This document shows, one piece after another, positions 10,001 to 20,848 of a DNA stretch of 64,000 bases. The stretch is from NCBI GenBank assembly GCA_027339965.1, contig DAHWNL010000047.1, positions 1-64,000 on the forward strand, in the 5' to 3' direction. Origin of the DNA: Granulicella sp. Its GTDB lineage: Bacteria > Acidobacteriota > Terriglobia > Terriglobales > Acidobacteriaceae. A program made the position numbers and the translations under genes. The notes under the pieces were generated by a model that did no database searches, had not been told where the DNA came from, and was given only the letters and a program-made list of their open reading frames with translations. Position 1 is the first letter of the stretch. Every line of letters starts with the position of its first letter.

Positions 10001-11623
10001 ATGACCGATAGTCTCAAAGGAAACCCCGAACCCAAGTCCGCTGACCTGAAGCATGCGGCGTGGAAGCCTGGCGCCGGCTCAACCATGGTTTATGCGATCC
10101 ACGGCGCCGAGCCGGAGGTGTTGGCCTATGCCATGGCCAAATACTCTCGTTCGGCATTGACCATGCGCGAGTCGTTGACCGAACTTAGCTCACAGCGGGC
10201 TGAGCAGTTTCTGAACACCTTCTACTTCCAGTATGGTCACCGCTCGATCGCCGACCTGGCGCACATTCCCTTTGCTGTGGAAAAGTTGAGTCTGTTGGCA
10301 GCGATCACGCTGGTGGATGAATCGCGCTGGGACGGACAGGAGCGTTCGACCCGCTATCAGAACTTTCGTCAGTCGGGCTGGTATACACCCCATCAGGAGT
10401 CCAATCGCCTGGGGCAGAGGCAACGAGCGGCCTACACGCAGGCGATCGAGTTGCTGCTGGCGGCCTATGACGAGCTGAGCGCCGGGATGCTGGCGGCGCT
10501 CGCTGACGTGACGCCGCGACCCGAGGAGATGAAGCCGGAAGCCTATACGCGCACCCTGAAGGCCCGCGCCTTTGACGCCGCACGGTATCTGTTGCCGTTG
10601 GCTACCAATACATCGCTGGGCCAGATTGTGAACGCGCGCACGCTGGAGACCCAGGTGTCGCGGCTACTCTCCAGTCCCTTTGCCGAGATTCGCGAGCTGG
10701 GAGCTAAGCTGCGCGAGGCCGCCACCGAGCCGGCCTGGAATGTGTTGCGCGACAAGCTGGAGGAGTTGGCTGGAGAGGGCGCAGTGGATGCTCAGGTCAC
10801 TGCGCAGATCCTCAACGAGCTGATGCCCCCGGTGCGTACCGCGCCGACGCTGCTGAAGCATGCGGAGCCGAGCCTCTACCAGTTGCGGAGCCGGGCCGAA
10901 CTGGCCCAGGCCGCGCGCGAGCTGATGCAGGGAACCGAGATCTACCCGTCGCCGGTGGTGGACCTGCTGGATGATGAGGAGGATCTGGAGGTCGAGCTGG
11001 TGACCTCGCTGCTCTACCCCAACTGCCACTACTCCTATCGGCAACTGCGCGGCGCCGTGAGCGCGCTGAGTGAGACGCGGCGCGATGAACTGCTAAAGAT
11101 TGGAACAGAGCATCGCGGCAAGCATGATGAACTGCTGCGCGCCTTTCACTCCGGCCACGGATTTCGCTTTGACATCCTGATGGATATCGGCGGCTTCCGC
11201 GACCTGCATCGTCACCGGCGCTGCGTGCAGCTCCTGCAGGAGTTCAGTGATCTGCATGGATATGAGGACCCGGTGTGTCCGGGACAGCCCACTTTGGCTG
11301 AGGCCGGGCTGGAGATGACCTACCGGAACGCCATGGACTCGGCCTTGGCCGCCTATCGCTCCCTGCGTGACAGTGGCGAGCCGGAAGCGGCCTGCAGCGC
11401 GCAGTATCTGCTGCCGCTGGGAACTCGTTGCCGCTCCATGTTCAAGATGGACTTCGCCGAGGCGCTTTACATCGCCGAACTCCGCTCCACCGTCGCAGGG
11501 CACTTCAGCTACCGCCGCGTGGCCTGGGAGATGTTTCGCTCCATCGCTGCCCGCCATCCGGCGCTTGCCGGCATGTTTCGCATCGAGGATGTGAACGTGC
11601 CCGTCGATCTGCTCAAGCGCTAG
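10001..11623 (+). CDS. thyX: FAD-dependent thymidylate synthase, tandem-domain form
   Basis: YGHRSIA, QERSTRY, ARYLLPLAT, DLHRHR and QYLLPLG, giving two ThyX-like halves. Confidence 0.85.
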   Translation: MTDSLKGNPEPKSADLKHAAWKPGAGSTMVYAIHGAEPEVLAYAMAKYSRSALTMRESLTELSSQRAEQFLNTFYFQYGHRSIADLAHIPFAVEKLSLLAAITLVDESRWDGQERSTRYQNFRQSGWYTPHQESNRLGQRQRAAYTQAIELLLAAYDELSAGMLAALADVTPRPEEMKPEAYTRTLKARAFDAARYLLPLATNTSLGQIVNARTLETQVSRLLSSPFAEIRELGAKLREAATEPAWNVLRDKLEELAGEGAVDAQVTAQILNELMPPVRTAPTLLKHAEPSLYQLRSRAELAQAARELMQGTEIYPSPVVDLLDDEEDLEVELVTSLLYPNCHYSYRQLRGAVSALSETRRDELLKIGTEHRGKHDELLRAFHSGHGFRFDILMDIGGFRDLHRHRRCVQLLQEFSDLHGYEDPVCPGQPTLAEAGLEMTYRNAMDSALAAYRSLRDSGEPEAACSAQYLLPLGTRCRSMFKMDFAEALYIAELRSTVAGHFSYRRVAWEMFRSIAARHPALAGMFRIEDVNVPVDLLKR

Positions 11624-11896
11624 TTTCCAGCAGTTGCGGCGAAGCAGCTCGCAGAACGTGGCAAGATGGCGGAGTGGCGGAGAGCAGTATGCGATGGATG
11701 AGGCCGTTTTCTGGCTGAAGCTTTGTCGCTGGACCGGCCCCTCGAAGTGACGCCCTTCGGGATCGAGAAGCGCAGCGGTTTGGATGCGCATGGCTTCCCG
11801 AGCGCAAGCAGTTCGTCTTGCGCTTCCACGATGGGCCTTTGGGGATCTTGAGCGCGAGGCCGAGCACCAGAGTCTCCGAAAAGTTTCGCTTTTTAT

Positions 11897-11924
11897 TTGC
11901 TTTTAGCGGCTGAGATGCTACCAT
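11897..11924 (+). promoter_or_regulatory. Putative recA sigma-70 promoter
   Basis: TTGCTT-N16-TACCAT with an extended TGn. Confidence 0.5.
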
Positions 11925-11984
11925 CGATGCTTAGAGAAATCTTATTTCGCAGATCTGCGAAGAACCACCGAGGAGAACAATATC

Positions 11985-13058
11985 GTGGCTAACGACCGCA
12001 GCAAGGCAATCGAAACGGCTCTTTCGCAACTGGAGAAACAATTCGGCAAAGGGTCGGTGATGCGTCTTGGAGCCAAAGAGGCGGTGGGTCCGATCTCGGT
12101 AATCTCCACCGGCTCCATCTCCTTCGATGCGGCCCTGGGTGTCGGCGGCGTGCCGCGTGGCCGCGTGATTGAGATCTTTGGTCCGGAGAGCTCGGGAAAG
12201 ACCACTATTACGCTGCAGATTATTGCTGAGGCGCAGCGGTCAGGGGGGTTGGCGGCGTTTGTGGATGCGGAGCATGCGCTGGATCCCGTCTATGCAAAAA
12301 AGCTGGGTGTGGACACCGACAACCTGCTGGTGAGCCAGCCGGACTACGGGGAACAGGCGCTGGAGATTGTTGAGGCTCTGGTACGTTCCGGCGCCATTGA
12401 TGTTCTGGTGGTTGACTCGGTGGCGGCACTGGTGCCCAAGGCCGAACTGGACGGCGAGATGGGCGACTCCCATGTGGGACTGCAGGCAAGGCTGATGTCG
12501 CAGGCCTTGCGCAAGCTGACCGGCACGGTCTCCAAGTCGCGTACCTGTCTCATCTTCATCAACCAGATCCGAGAGAAGATTGGGGTGATGTTTGGCAACC
12601 CGGAGACTACGACGGGTGGCCGCGCTTTGAAGTTCTACTCCTCGGTGCGCATTGATATTCGCCGCATCGGGGCGGTCAAAGAGGGGGACGCGGTCGTCGG
12701 CTCGCGCACCAAGGTGAAGATCGTGAAGAACAAGGTGGCCGCACCCTTCCGCGACGCCGAGTTCGACATCCTGTACGGCGAGGGCATCTCGCGCGAGGGC
12801 GACATGCTGGATCTGGCGGTGCTCAACAACATCGTCGATAAATCCGGCGCGTGGTACAGCTACCAGGGTGAGCGTATTGGACAGGGCCGCGAGAATGTAC
12901 GCGGATTTTTGAAGGAGAATCGCGACGTCTTCGCGCGCATCGATGCGGAGCTCCGCAAGAAGCTGGGGGTGCAGTCGCTGTCGGATGCGGAGATACCATC
13001 GGTTCCCGCGGATGGAGCGGAGCAGGCGGCGGCGGTGGTGAAGGGCCGGCGCGGATAA
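11985..13058 (+). CDS. recA: Recombinase A
   Basis: [56 protein letters not shown]. Confidence 0.99.
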   Translation: MANDRSKAIETALSQLEKQFGKGSVMRLGAKEAVGPISVISTGSISFDAALGVGGVPRGRVIEIFGPESSGKTTITLQIIAEAQRSGGLAAFVDAEHALDPVYAKKLGVDTDNLLVSQPDYGEQALEIVEALVRSGAIDVLVVDSVAALVPKAELDGEMGDSHVGLQARLMSQALRKLTGTVSKSRTCLIFINQIREKIGVMFGNPETTTGGRALKFYSSVRIDIRRIGAVKEGDAVVGSRTKVKIVKNKVAAPFRDAEFDILYGEGISREGDMLDLAVLNNIVDKSGAWYSYQGERIGQGRENVRGFLKENRDVFARIDAELRKKLGVQSLSDAEIPSVPADGAEQAAAVVKGRRG

Positions 13059-13133
13059 ACCGGAAATCTCTGCAACCGTTTAAGAAAGATGGGAAAGCTT
13101 GGTAACATTTGGGGAATGCCAAGGTTCTCCTCT

Positions 13134-14357
13134 ATGACCATCTTCTTGTCTGTTCTCCATCTGCGGCGGCGCTCTTTGGTCCGTCTCGCTGCCATCAGCC
13201 TGGCTTTCTCTGCGCTGCTGTTGGCTCCCTGCTCCTCACGTGCTCTGGAAAACGGCCTTGCCCGAACTCCGCCGATGGGGTGGAATAGCTGGAATCGCTT
13301 TGGCTGCAAGAATGTAAATGAAAATGTGGCCCGTGCGGCGGCCGACGCCATGGTCTCCAGTGGCATGAAGGATGCTGGTTACCAGTACATCGTGATCGAC
13401 GACTGCTGGCAGATTGGCCGCGATGCCGCGGGAAACATCATCGCGGATCCGGAGAAGTATCCCAGTGGCATCAAGGCGCTGGCCGATTATGTGCATAGCA
13501 AGGGGCTGAAGTTTGGTATCTACACGGATGCCGGCGTAAAGACCTGCGCCGGTCGTCCCGGCAGCCTGGGGCATGAGTATCAGGACGCGGCGCAGTATGC
13601 GCGCTGGGGGGTGGATTTTGTCAAGGAGGACTGGTGCAACACGGTGCCGGGGCAGGATAGCCAGGCATCGTATACGGTGATGCGCAACGCTCTGGCTGCA
13701 ACCGGGAGGCCCATCGTCTTCAGCATCTGCGAATGGGGATCCACCAAGCCCTGGCTGTGGGCCGGCCCCATCGGCAACATGTGGCGTTCCGCCGGGGATA
13801 TCCAGGATTGCTGGAGCTGCCGGCGGCGCTGGGGCGGTCATGGCGTGCTTCAGATTATCGATCGGATGGCCCCAATATACAGTTATGCAGGGCCAGGCCA
13901 TTGGAATGATCCGGACATGCTCGAAGTGGGCAATGGCGGCATGACGGATGCGGAGTATCGAGCTCACTTCAGTCTCTGGGCGCTTTTCTCCGCCCCGTTG
14001 ATCTCCGGAAATGATCTGTCCCAGATGACGGAAGCGACCAAGGAGATTCTGCTCAACAAAGAAGTGATTGCTGTGGATCAGGATCCGATGGGAATTCAGG
14101 GCCATCGCGTGCAGAAGGATGGAGATCTTGAAGTGTGGTCCAAGCAACTCAGCGATGGGGGGCGAGCGGTGATTCTGCTGAACCGCGGCGACAAACCTGC
14201 GACGATTACCGCGAACTGGACCGCGATCGGATATCCGGCCACGCTGAAGGCTCGGGTGCGCGATCTTTGGCTGCATCAAAACCTGGCTCGGCACACGGGT
14301 AGTTACGCGGCGGAGGTGCCCGGCGATGCCGCGGTGATGGTGCGGATTACGCCCTGA
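13134..14357 (+). CDS. Alpha-galactosidase, GH27, secreted
   Basis: Signal peptide, TPPMGWNSWN, IDDCW, VKEDWC, WNDPDMLEVGN. Confidence 0.93.
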   Translation: MTIFLSVLHLRRRSLVRLAAISLAFSALLLAPCSSRALENGLARTPPMGWNSWNRFGCKNVNENVARAAADAMVSSGMKDAGYQYIVIDDCWQIGRDAAGNIIADPEKYPSGIKALADYVHSKGLKFGIYTDAGVKTCAGRPGSLGHEYQDAAQYARWGVDFVKEDWCNTVPGQDSQASYTVMRNALAATGRPIVFSICEWGSTKPWLWAGPIGNMWRSAGDIQDCWSCRRRWGGHGVLQIIDRMAPIYSYAGPGHWNDPDMLEVGNGGMTDAEYRAHFSLWALFSAPLISGNDLSQMTEATKEILLNKEVIAVDQDPMGIQGHRVQKDGDLEVWSKQLSDGGRAVILLNRGDKPATITANWTAIGYPATLKARVRDLWLHQNLARHTGSYAAEVPGDAAVMVRITP

Positions 14358-14763
14358 AATCTGCGCTGCCCTGGCTGTCATCGGGGATCCGTCGCGTCCG
14401 TTGATCGCCGGTGAGGTGTTTCCGGTTGTCTGAAAGTTTGTCCCGTGCCGGTGGAACCCGAGGGTTCCACCCCAGCGGGCATTTTCCCTGTGAGAACGCC
14501 GGCGCGATTCTGTACCGCGAGGCCCTCGACCAGGATGAGGCTTTTCGCCATAGCGTCGAGGCAACCGACCAGCGTCCCCGCCGACGCGTATTCCCCGATG
14601 CATATCCCCGATGCGCATCCGCCGAGAGAATCTCCCGAGGTCCGGACCAGCAAGCCATGCTGCCACAGGCGGTATGCCTCTGGTGGGCGAGCTACTGATT
14701 TCCCAATTGCCGCCCACTATACCTGGCTGAATCCATCCCGCTGCACATGCTAAACTTCATGAT

Positions 14764-14861
14764 GTGCCGGGTCCTACGCGACGTATTCCCGCCAACCCCG
14801 CCAGGTCCGGAAGGAAGCAACGGTAACGGGTCGATACGGGCGCAGTAGGGAAACCCGGTAC
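14764..14861 (+). ncRNA. ffs: Signal recognition particle RNA (small bacterial type)
   Basis: GCCAGGTCCGGAAGGAAGCAACGG domain IV, paired ends GTGCCGGG/CCCGGTAC, and TGc-TAAACT -10 at 14748-14756. Confidence 0.92.
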
Positions 14862-15074
14862 ATTTTTCCCTCCTCTTGGTTGGCGCGCGCCGCTCAACAG
14901 CCCTCTTTCGATCGCCTGACCCTGGATGCAAGCCGCTGCCCAGGCCGTTTTTTGCCCGTAGCATCCGTTCTTGGCCTCGGGAACATCGAATCGGCGAGAT
15001 ACGGTCCCCTCGCGGTGACGGAAAAACTACTCTAAGATGCCTATGGCGACACGTTTACCGCTGGAGGTCAAAGT

Positions 15075-16091
15075 TTGAGTCTCACCCTGAAGGACCGCAC
15101 CCCTGTACGCGCCAAAATCTCTGCCGTGGGAACTTACGTTCCACCCCGCCTGCTTACCAACTCCGACCTGGAGAAGATGGTTACCACCAGCGATGAATGG
15201 ATCCGGGAACGCACCGGAATCAGCCAGCGTCATCTGGTCGATCCAGGTACGGCCACCAGCGATCTGGCCGCTGCGGCTGCCCTCGACTGCTTGCAGCGAC
15301 GAGGCATCACTTCAACCGAGGTCGAGGTGATTCTGGTGGCCACGGTCACGCCGGATATGCTGTTTCCGGCGACTGCATGCCTGGTGCAGACCAAGATCGG
15401 CGCTGCGGGGGCGTGGGGCTTTGATCTTTCGGCGGCCTGCTCCGGCTTTCTCTATGCCCTGCAGATGGGCGCCAAACTGGTCGAGTCCGGAGCCCACAAG
15501 AAGGTGATGGTGATCGGCGCCGATGTCATGAGTTCGATCATCAACTATACCGACCGCTCCACCTGTATTCTCTTTGGCGATGGCGCGGGAGCCGTGCTGA
15601 TCGAGCCATGCTCGAACGGTGAGATAGGAATGTTGGACTACATCCATGAGATCGATGGGTCGGGAGCGAGTTCCCTCTACATGCCTGGTGGCGGCAGCCT
15701 GCACCCCCCCACCATCGAAACCGTGAACGCCAAGATGCACTATGTCCACCAAGAGGGTGGGGCCGTCTTCAAGGTGGCTGTTCGCAAGATGTCGGAGCTG
15801 GGCGAAAGAGTTCTGGATCGCAACGGACTGAAGGCGAGCGACGTCGATCTCTTTATTCCCCATCAAGCCAACGAGCGGATCATCATGGCCACGGCGGACC
15901 GACTGGGTCTGGCGAGGGAAAACATCGTTATCAACATCGGAGAGTATGGCAATACCACTGCGGCCACAATCCCCTTGGCGATCAACACCGCTCTCATGGA
16001 CGGCCGGCTGAAGAAGGGGATGACCATCCTTTTGTCATCCTTCGGCGGTGGCTATACCGTTGCTTCCACCCTTCTTCGCTGGGAGTGCTAG
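15075..16091 (+). CDS. fabH: Beta-ketoacyl-ACP synthase III
   Basis: [19 protein letters not shown] and GNTTAA. Confidence 0.95.
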   Translation: MSLTLKDRTPVRAKISAVGTYVPPRLLTNSDLEKMVTTSDEWIRERTGISQRHLVDPGTATSDLAAAAALDCLQRRGITSTEVEVILVATVTPDMLFPATACLVQTKIGAAGAWGFDLSAACSGFLYALQMGAKLVESGAHKKVMVIGADVMSSIINYTDRSTCILFGDGAGAVLIEPCSNGEIGMLDYIHEIDGSGASSLYMPGGGSLHPPTIETVNAKMHYVHQEGGAVFKVAVRKMSELGERVLDRNGLKASDVDLFIPHQANERIIMATADRLGLARENIVINIGEYGNTTAATIPLAINTALMDGRLKKGMTILLSSFGGGYTVASTLLRWEC

Positions 16092-16356
16092 GAGTTTGCC
16101 GCGATGCGGCGAGGCGTGGAGCGAGAGCCGGATGACGGTGGAGCAGTAGCCAGGCTGAAGAGACGAGACGGACGTTTTTCAAAGGCAAGTCGTTGCTTGA
16201 TCACGCGATCTTGCTGCGCGAGCCGAATGACGCTTGTTCCTGGTGCGGCCGCGGAGGCCGGAATTTCGGGCAGGACAGATAGAAGGGGATGGTGGATTGC
16301 CGTCCGGGGCTGAGAGGCGCAACCACGGGGGAGGAACTGCTCTAGAATAAAGAGGT

Positions 16357-17526
16357 ATGGAAGCAGCCCAGCCCATCAAGAGCTCCCGCAACGCCCCGCG
16401 TTCCCGCCATTCGTTCCAGACCGACGATCCGGCGCTTGAGCCGATCGCGAAGAAGGTGGAGGCCGGAGAACGGCTGAGCTTTGAAGATGGCCTGGCTCTT
16501 TATCGCAGCGATGACATCCTGGCCGTGGGCTGGATGGCAAATCAGGTGCGGGAGCGGATGCACGGCGATCTGGCGTACTTCAATGTGAACCGTCACATTA
16601 ACCCAACCAATGTGTGTGTGGCCTCCTGTAGGTTATGCGCCTTCGGGCGCAAGAAGGGCGCGCCGGATACCTATACGATGGCCCTGGAAGAGGCCTGGGA
16701 GACGGCGGGGAAGGGGCTTACGGAGGCGGTGACCGAGTTCCACATCGTCGGCGGCCTGCACCCCGATCTTCCCTTCGAGTATTTTATGGATCTGGTGCGC
16801 GGCCTCAAGCAGCGCTATCCGAAGGTACATATTAAGGCGTTCACGATGGTCGAGATTGCGTTTCTGGCCAAGGCGGGAAAGATCTCAGTCGCCGAAACCA
16901 TCGAGCGGATGAAGGCCGCCGGCGTGGACTCCTGCCCGGGTGGCGGAGCGGAGATCTTTGCCGACCGAGTGCGCCATATCATCTGCGACCACAAGATCGA
17001 TGGCAGCGAGTGGTTGGAGACGGCGCGGCTGCTGCATAAAGCCGGTTTGCGCTCCAACGCGACGATGCTCTACGGGCATATCGAGGAGGACGAAGACCGC
17101 GTCGATCACCTGCTGAAGCTGCGTGAGGTGCAGGATGACACGGGCGGATTTCAGACCTTCATTCCCCTCAGTTTTCATCCGGAGAACACTGCGCTTGGCC
17201 ATCTTCCCAAGTCAAGCGGACTCACCGACATCCGGCAGATCGCGGTCAGCCGCTTGCTGCTGGACAACTTTCCCCACATCAAGAGCTACTGGCAGATGGT
17301 GACCCCGCGCATGGCGCAGATCTCGCTGCGCTTCGGCGCCGACGACATCGACGGAACCGTGGTGGAGGAGAAGATCTATCACGATGCGGGAGCCAGTACC
17401 CCGCAGGGACTTCGCCGGCAGGATCTGGTGCAACTGATCACTGCGGCGGGGCGGATTCCCTTTGAGCGCGATACCCTGTACCGGGCGGTGACCCGCAGCG
17501 AAGATAGCTTTACCGTCGCGGTATAG
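16357..17526 (+). CDS. mqnE: Aminofutalosine synthase (radical SAM)
   Basis: NRHINPTNVCVASCRLC, PGGGAEIF, TMLYGHIE, HIKSYW, EEKIYHDAG. Confidence 0.9.
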   Translation: MEAAQPIKSSRNAPRSRHSFQTDDPALEPIAKKVEAGERLSFEDGLALYRSDDILAVGWMANQVRERMHGDLAYFNVNRHINPTNVCVASCRLCAFGRKKGAPDTYTMALEEAWETAGKGLTEAVTEFHIVGGLHPDLPFEYFMDLVRGLKQRYPKVHIKAFTMVEIAFLAKAGKISVAETIERMKAAGVDSCPGGGAEIFADRVRHIICDHKIDGSEWLETARLLHKAGLRSNATMLYGHIEEDEDRVDHLLKLREVQDDTGGFQTFIPLSFHPENTALGHLPKSSGLTDIRQIAVSRLLLDNFPHIKSYWQMVTPRMAQISLRFGADDIDGTVVEEKIYHDAGASTPQGLRRQDLVQLITAAGRIPFERDTLYRAVTRSEDSFTVAV

Positions 17527-17528
17527 GT

Positions 17529-18005
17529 GTGCCTGGCCTTTTGCGGCTGCGTGAGTATCGGGCGGACGACGTGGATGCGATGCACGCGCTGGACTTGGTC
17601 TGCTTTGATCCTCCGTTCCGCTTTTCGCGTGGAGCCATGCGCCGCTTTGCGGAGGCCAAACGGGCCCGCGTCGTCCTGGCGGAGCAGGAGGGGATCCTGG
17701 CCGGCTTTGTGATTCTTCACCTGGAAGAGTCCGCGCAGGGGCCGGTGGGCTATGTGGTCACCTTGGATGTCGCTCCGGAGTTTCGCCGCAGAGGCGTCGC
17801 CACGCAGTTGATGCGGGAGGCGGAGCGGCTGGCGGGGAAGGAGGGCTGCCTGGCGCTGGCGCTGCATGTATTTACAGAGAATCAGGCGGCTATCCGCTTT
17901 TATGCTCAGGACGGATTTTTTCGCTCCCACCTTGCAGAGGGATTTTACGGGGCATCGCGGGATGCGTGGGTCTTCTATAAGCCGCTTTGGGGTGGTGGGG
18001 ATTGA
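17529..18005 (+). CDS. GNAT N-acetyltransferase
   Basis: LDVAPEFRRRGVA and NQAAIRFY. Confidence 0.88.
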   Translation: MPGLLRLREYRADDVDAMHALDLVCFDPPFRFSRGAMRRFAEAKRARVVLAEQEGILAGFVILHLEESAQGPVGYVVTLDVAPEFRRRGVATQLMREAERLAGKEGCLALALHVFTENQAAIRFYAQDGFFRSHLAEGFYGASRDAWVFYKPLWGGGD

Positions 18006-18117
18006 GAGTGGTGTGCGGGTAGCAGCATTCGATCTGATCTTCACCCCACTCCTTGTCGAGGACCAAGATTCCTGAACTTGCCCCGCTGGGATTCCGGATG
18101 GCCGGTCTGGAAAGGGT

Positions 18118-19797
18118 TCAGCGTGGCGCCCGCAAGGCTGCGGTATGGCCGCGTGGAAAGCGCAGCACGGCTGCCCACTCGCCACCACGCTCCTGGCGCC
18201 ACACGACCCGGCCGCCCAGGAGTGCGGCGATCTCCGCCGGGGTGAGATCACGCTTGGCGGCAAAGGCGCGTCCACGCCAGGAGTTGGGATGGCTTAGAAG
18301 GTAACGCCGGTACAACGGAGTCACAAAGTGGGTGGTGAAGACGATCGCGGTGTTGTAGCGATTCGATTCGCGAGCGGCGAGCAGGACCTGCGGTAGGGTG
18401 AAGTCATCGATGGCGACCACCTTCATGGGATGGTTCACGTAGCCGAGGTACGGTTCAAAGAGATCGGTGGACACGGGCCATGCGGTAAGAATGGTTGCGC
18501 CCGGATAGTGCTGTTGCACGAAGTCGATCGCCTCCCGCTGGACAACGATCATGTCGCGGTAGGTGAGATTATCCTCCGGCGCAAACATGGATGGTGGGTT
18601 CAGCCACAGGACACTGAGGAAAGCTGCGGCGCTGGCCACCGCGAACAGGGGCCAGCGCCGAGTGTGGACGCGCCACTGGCTTACGCAGACGATCAGGATC
18701 AGCGGATAGACCGGTAGGAGATAGCGCGTGAGCAACGCTCCGCCCAGCACAGAGAACGCGAGCCAGTTGGCAGCCGCCAGAACCGCCATGGCGTAGAGCG
18801 GTCCCGGCTGCAGAGCGGAGGGAGCGTCCTGGCGCCGGGGCAGCAGCAGGCAATAGAGTGCAAGGGCGATCGGGAGCCAGATGTTGCGCTGCCAGAACAG
18901 ATGCAGAAAGCGATAGCAGAGGGCCCGCAGGATGTGAGCGGCGGTGAGATTGGCGGTGGCGTTGTAGCGCAGGAAGGCGGGGTTGCCGAAGGTGAAGCCC
19001 ACCACGTGGCGGTGGTAAGCAAACCACGCGATCAACGGAAGCACGGATGAGGTCAACGCAGCCGCCCAGGCTCCGTGCCTGCCGGAGCTACCACTCTGTT
19101 GCAAGCCCAGGCCGAGTGAGGGTTCTTGATGGCGCTCGGGCCGAGACCTGCGGCTGCCGAAGAGCAGCACCAGCTCCCAGGCGGTGAGCGCGGCGGGCTG
19201 GATGATCGAGGTCTCCTTGGAGAGAGCGGCCAGGGAGAACAAGACCGCTACGGAGATGTAGTGGGGTTGGGCGCGACCATCCTGGCTGCCATTGGCCGAG
19301 CGGGCCTGAAGAGAGGGCAGGTAGAGCGTGAAGGCCCAGAGTGAAAAGGCTGCGGCAAAGATATCCGCGTGGGCCAAAGAGCTCTGGGCAAACCAGATCG
19401 GATAGACGCTGGTCAGCAAGGTTGCGGCCAGGGCGGCGGAGGCGTCCAGCAGACGCTCTGTGAGGCGAAAGATAGCCAGAAAGGCCAGTGCTGCGAAGCT
19501 GCACGCCAACAGCCTGGTGGCAAGGATATGAAAGCCAACCAGGCGCCACAAGGAGCCCAGCAGAATGTTGGGCAAGGGTGGGTGGCCGTTGGTGAAGTGG
19601 GGAATGAGTTGGCCGGTATGGTAGAAGTCCAGCGCGGCCGGGATGTAGTAACCACCTTCATCCCAGAAATAGGGCAGGCGGAGAAGGGTGAGATGGCTAA
19701 GCGCAACGGCCGCAAAGAAGAGCAGCAGAAGCAAGCTGTCCGGCAGGGACGCAATCCGTGTGGGCAGAGTGCGAATCCGCTGGAAAGGAGCCTTCAC
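18118..19797 (-). CDS. GT-C glycosyltransferase (ArnT/PMT, GT39-like)
   Basis: PYFWDEGGYY, HPPL, multiple TM segments, TRYLLP. Confidence 0.85.
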   Translation of the reverse strand: MKAPFQRIRTLPTRIASLPDSLLLLLFFAAVALSHLTLLRLPYFWDEGGYYIPAALDFYHTGQLIPHFTNGHPPLPNILLGSLWRLVGFHILATRLLACSFAALAFLAIFRLTERLLDASAALAATLLTSVYPIWFAQSSLAHADIFAAAFSLWAFTLYLPSLQARSANGSQDGRAQPHYISVAVLFSLAALSKETSIIQPAALTAWELVLLFGSRRSRPERHQEPSLGLGLQQSGSSGRHGAWAAALTSSVLPLIAWFAYHRHVVGFTFGNPAFLRYNATANLTAAHILRALCYRFLHLFWQRNIWLPIALALYCLLLPRRQDAPSALQPGPLYAMAVLAAANWLAFSVLGGALLTRYLLPVYPLILIVCVSQWRVHTRRWPLFAVASAAAFLSVLWLNPPSMFAPEDNLTYRDMIVVQREAIDFVQQHYPGATILTAWPVSTDLFEPYLGYVNHPMKVVAIDDFTLPQVLLAARESNRYNTAIVFTTHFVTPLYRRYLLSHPNSWRGRAFAAKRDLTPAEIAALLGGRVVWRQERGGEWAAVLRFPRGHTAALRAPR

Positions 19798-19806
19798 GGG
19801 CCGCGC

Positions 19807-20133
19807 TCAGTGGATGGGGCCGGTGGCTGGAATCACGAAGCGCTGCACGCCCGGACCATCCAGGGAGATCGGACCAAAGTTCTGCTCGTACTGCGCGACG
19901 TTGTGCTGGAGCACATTGGCGAGCGCCTTGGCTTGCTGGGGACTGAGATAGATGCCCTGAAAGTTGTCTACGCGCACGTGGTCGGCCGTCTCCTGTTCCA
20001 GGGTTCCAAAGACCAGGAAGAAATCCCACAGAGAGAGACGGACCTGAACGCTATTGGCATAAGAGTCGCGGTAGCCGTCGGACTTTTCCAGCGTAATGCG
20101 GGTGTTATCGGGTGGGGTGATGGGCTGACTCAT
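19807..20133 (-). CDS. DUF3467-like small protein
   Basis: YANSVQV..WDFFLVFG..YLSPQQAKAL..YEQNFG. Confidence 0.8.
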   Translation of the reverse strand: MSQPITPPDNTRITLEKSDGYRDSYANSVQVRLSLWDFFLVFGTLEQETADHVRVDNFQGIYLSPQQAKALANVLQHNVAQYEQNFGPISLDGPGVQRFVIPATGPIH

Positions 20134-20183
20134 GAGGCTGCTTTCTTGATGTTGGCCACGGCTCGTTGACAAGACTCGTTGAT

Positions 20184-20268
20184 TGGTGCGGGAGAGGGGA
20201 GTTGAACCCCTACGCCTTTCGGGCACAGGCTTCTAAGACCTGCGTGTCTGCCATTTCACCACTCCCGC
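20184..20268 (-). tRNA. tRNA-Leu(TAG)
   Basis: Cloverleaf GCGGGAG...CTCCCGC-ACCA, anticodon loop CTTAGAA, long variable arm. Confidence 0.96.
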
Positions 20269-20848
20269 AATCCATTGGGGTGCTCGGTCCAAACTTGCCA
20301 CCAAGGTTGGTGGCCGAGCTTGGAGGCCGAGGCAGGGAGGGTCAAGTTGCTCCTCCATCCTGCGTGGCCAAGCTTTACGGCCAGATCTCATGGCCAGGTT
20401 TTGCGGCTCGTATTCGGAACCAGTTTTAGCCTACCGGCTCGGAGGCCGGGTTGCAATGCGTATGCCTGCCGATTGTTCTTTGCGGACCTCTTTCCTTTGA
20501 GCCCGTTCCCTGCAGCGATCTGCGCTGCCCGGCATCCTAAAGGTTAGTTGCAGTGTCGTCTGGATCCTGCCATGGGCAGTTTCGTAAACTTCGAGCGATG
20601 GCAAGAGCTGCCGCCGGCGAGAGGCGAGAAGGGCGCCGCATCTTGGGTTGCTGGAGACACGGATCACTGCCGAATGAGGCGGAAGTTGCCGATCAGAAGA
20701 GAAGGGTCTGGAGAGGTGGCCGGCAGAACGGGAGATGGCCGGCCGGAACAGGTTGGGGTGAGCCGGAAGGCGGAGGGCCAAAGGATTGCGTCCTGACCCT
20801 GTCCTGATGCATCCTATTTCAAGAAAGTTGATAAGGAAACACTCAATT

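Noticed and set aside
14450..14620. Hairpin GGTGGAACCC/GGGTTCCACC and short repeat CCCCGATGC x2 upstream of ffs
   Set aside because: No U-tract, array or recognisable RNA family, and compatible with chance or a simple stabilising hairpin.
13236..14717. Long antisense ORFs (e.g. 13236-14717, 32265-33698, 38362-39627, 51691-53025, 55852-57378)
   Set aside because: Shadows of real genes in GC-rich DNA, with no recognisable motifs.
16300..16340. TPP riboswitch-like CTGAGA upstream of mqnE
   Set aside because: The other conserved TPP elements are missing, and the -10 box lies downstream of it.
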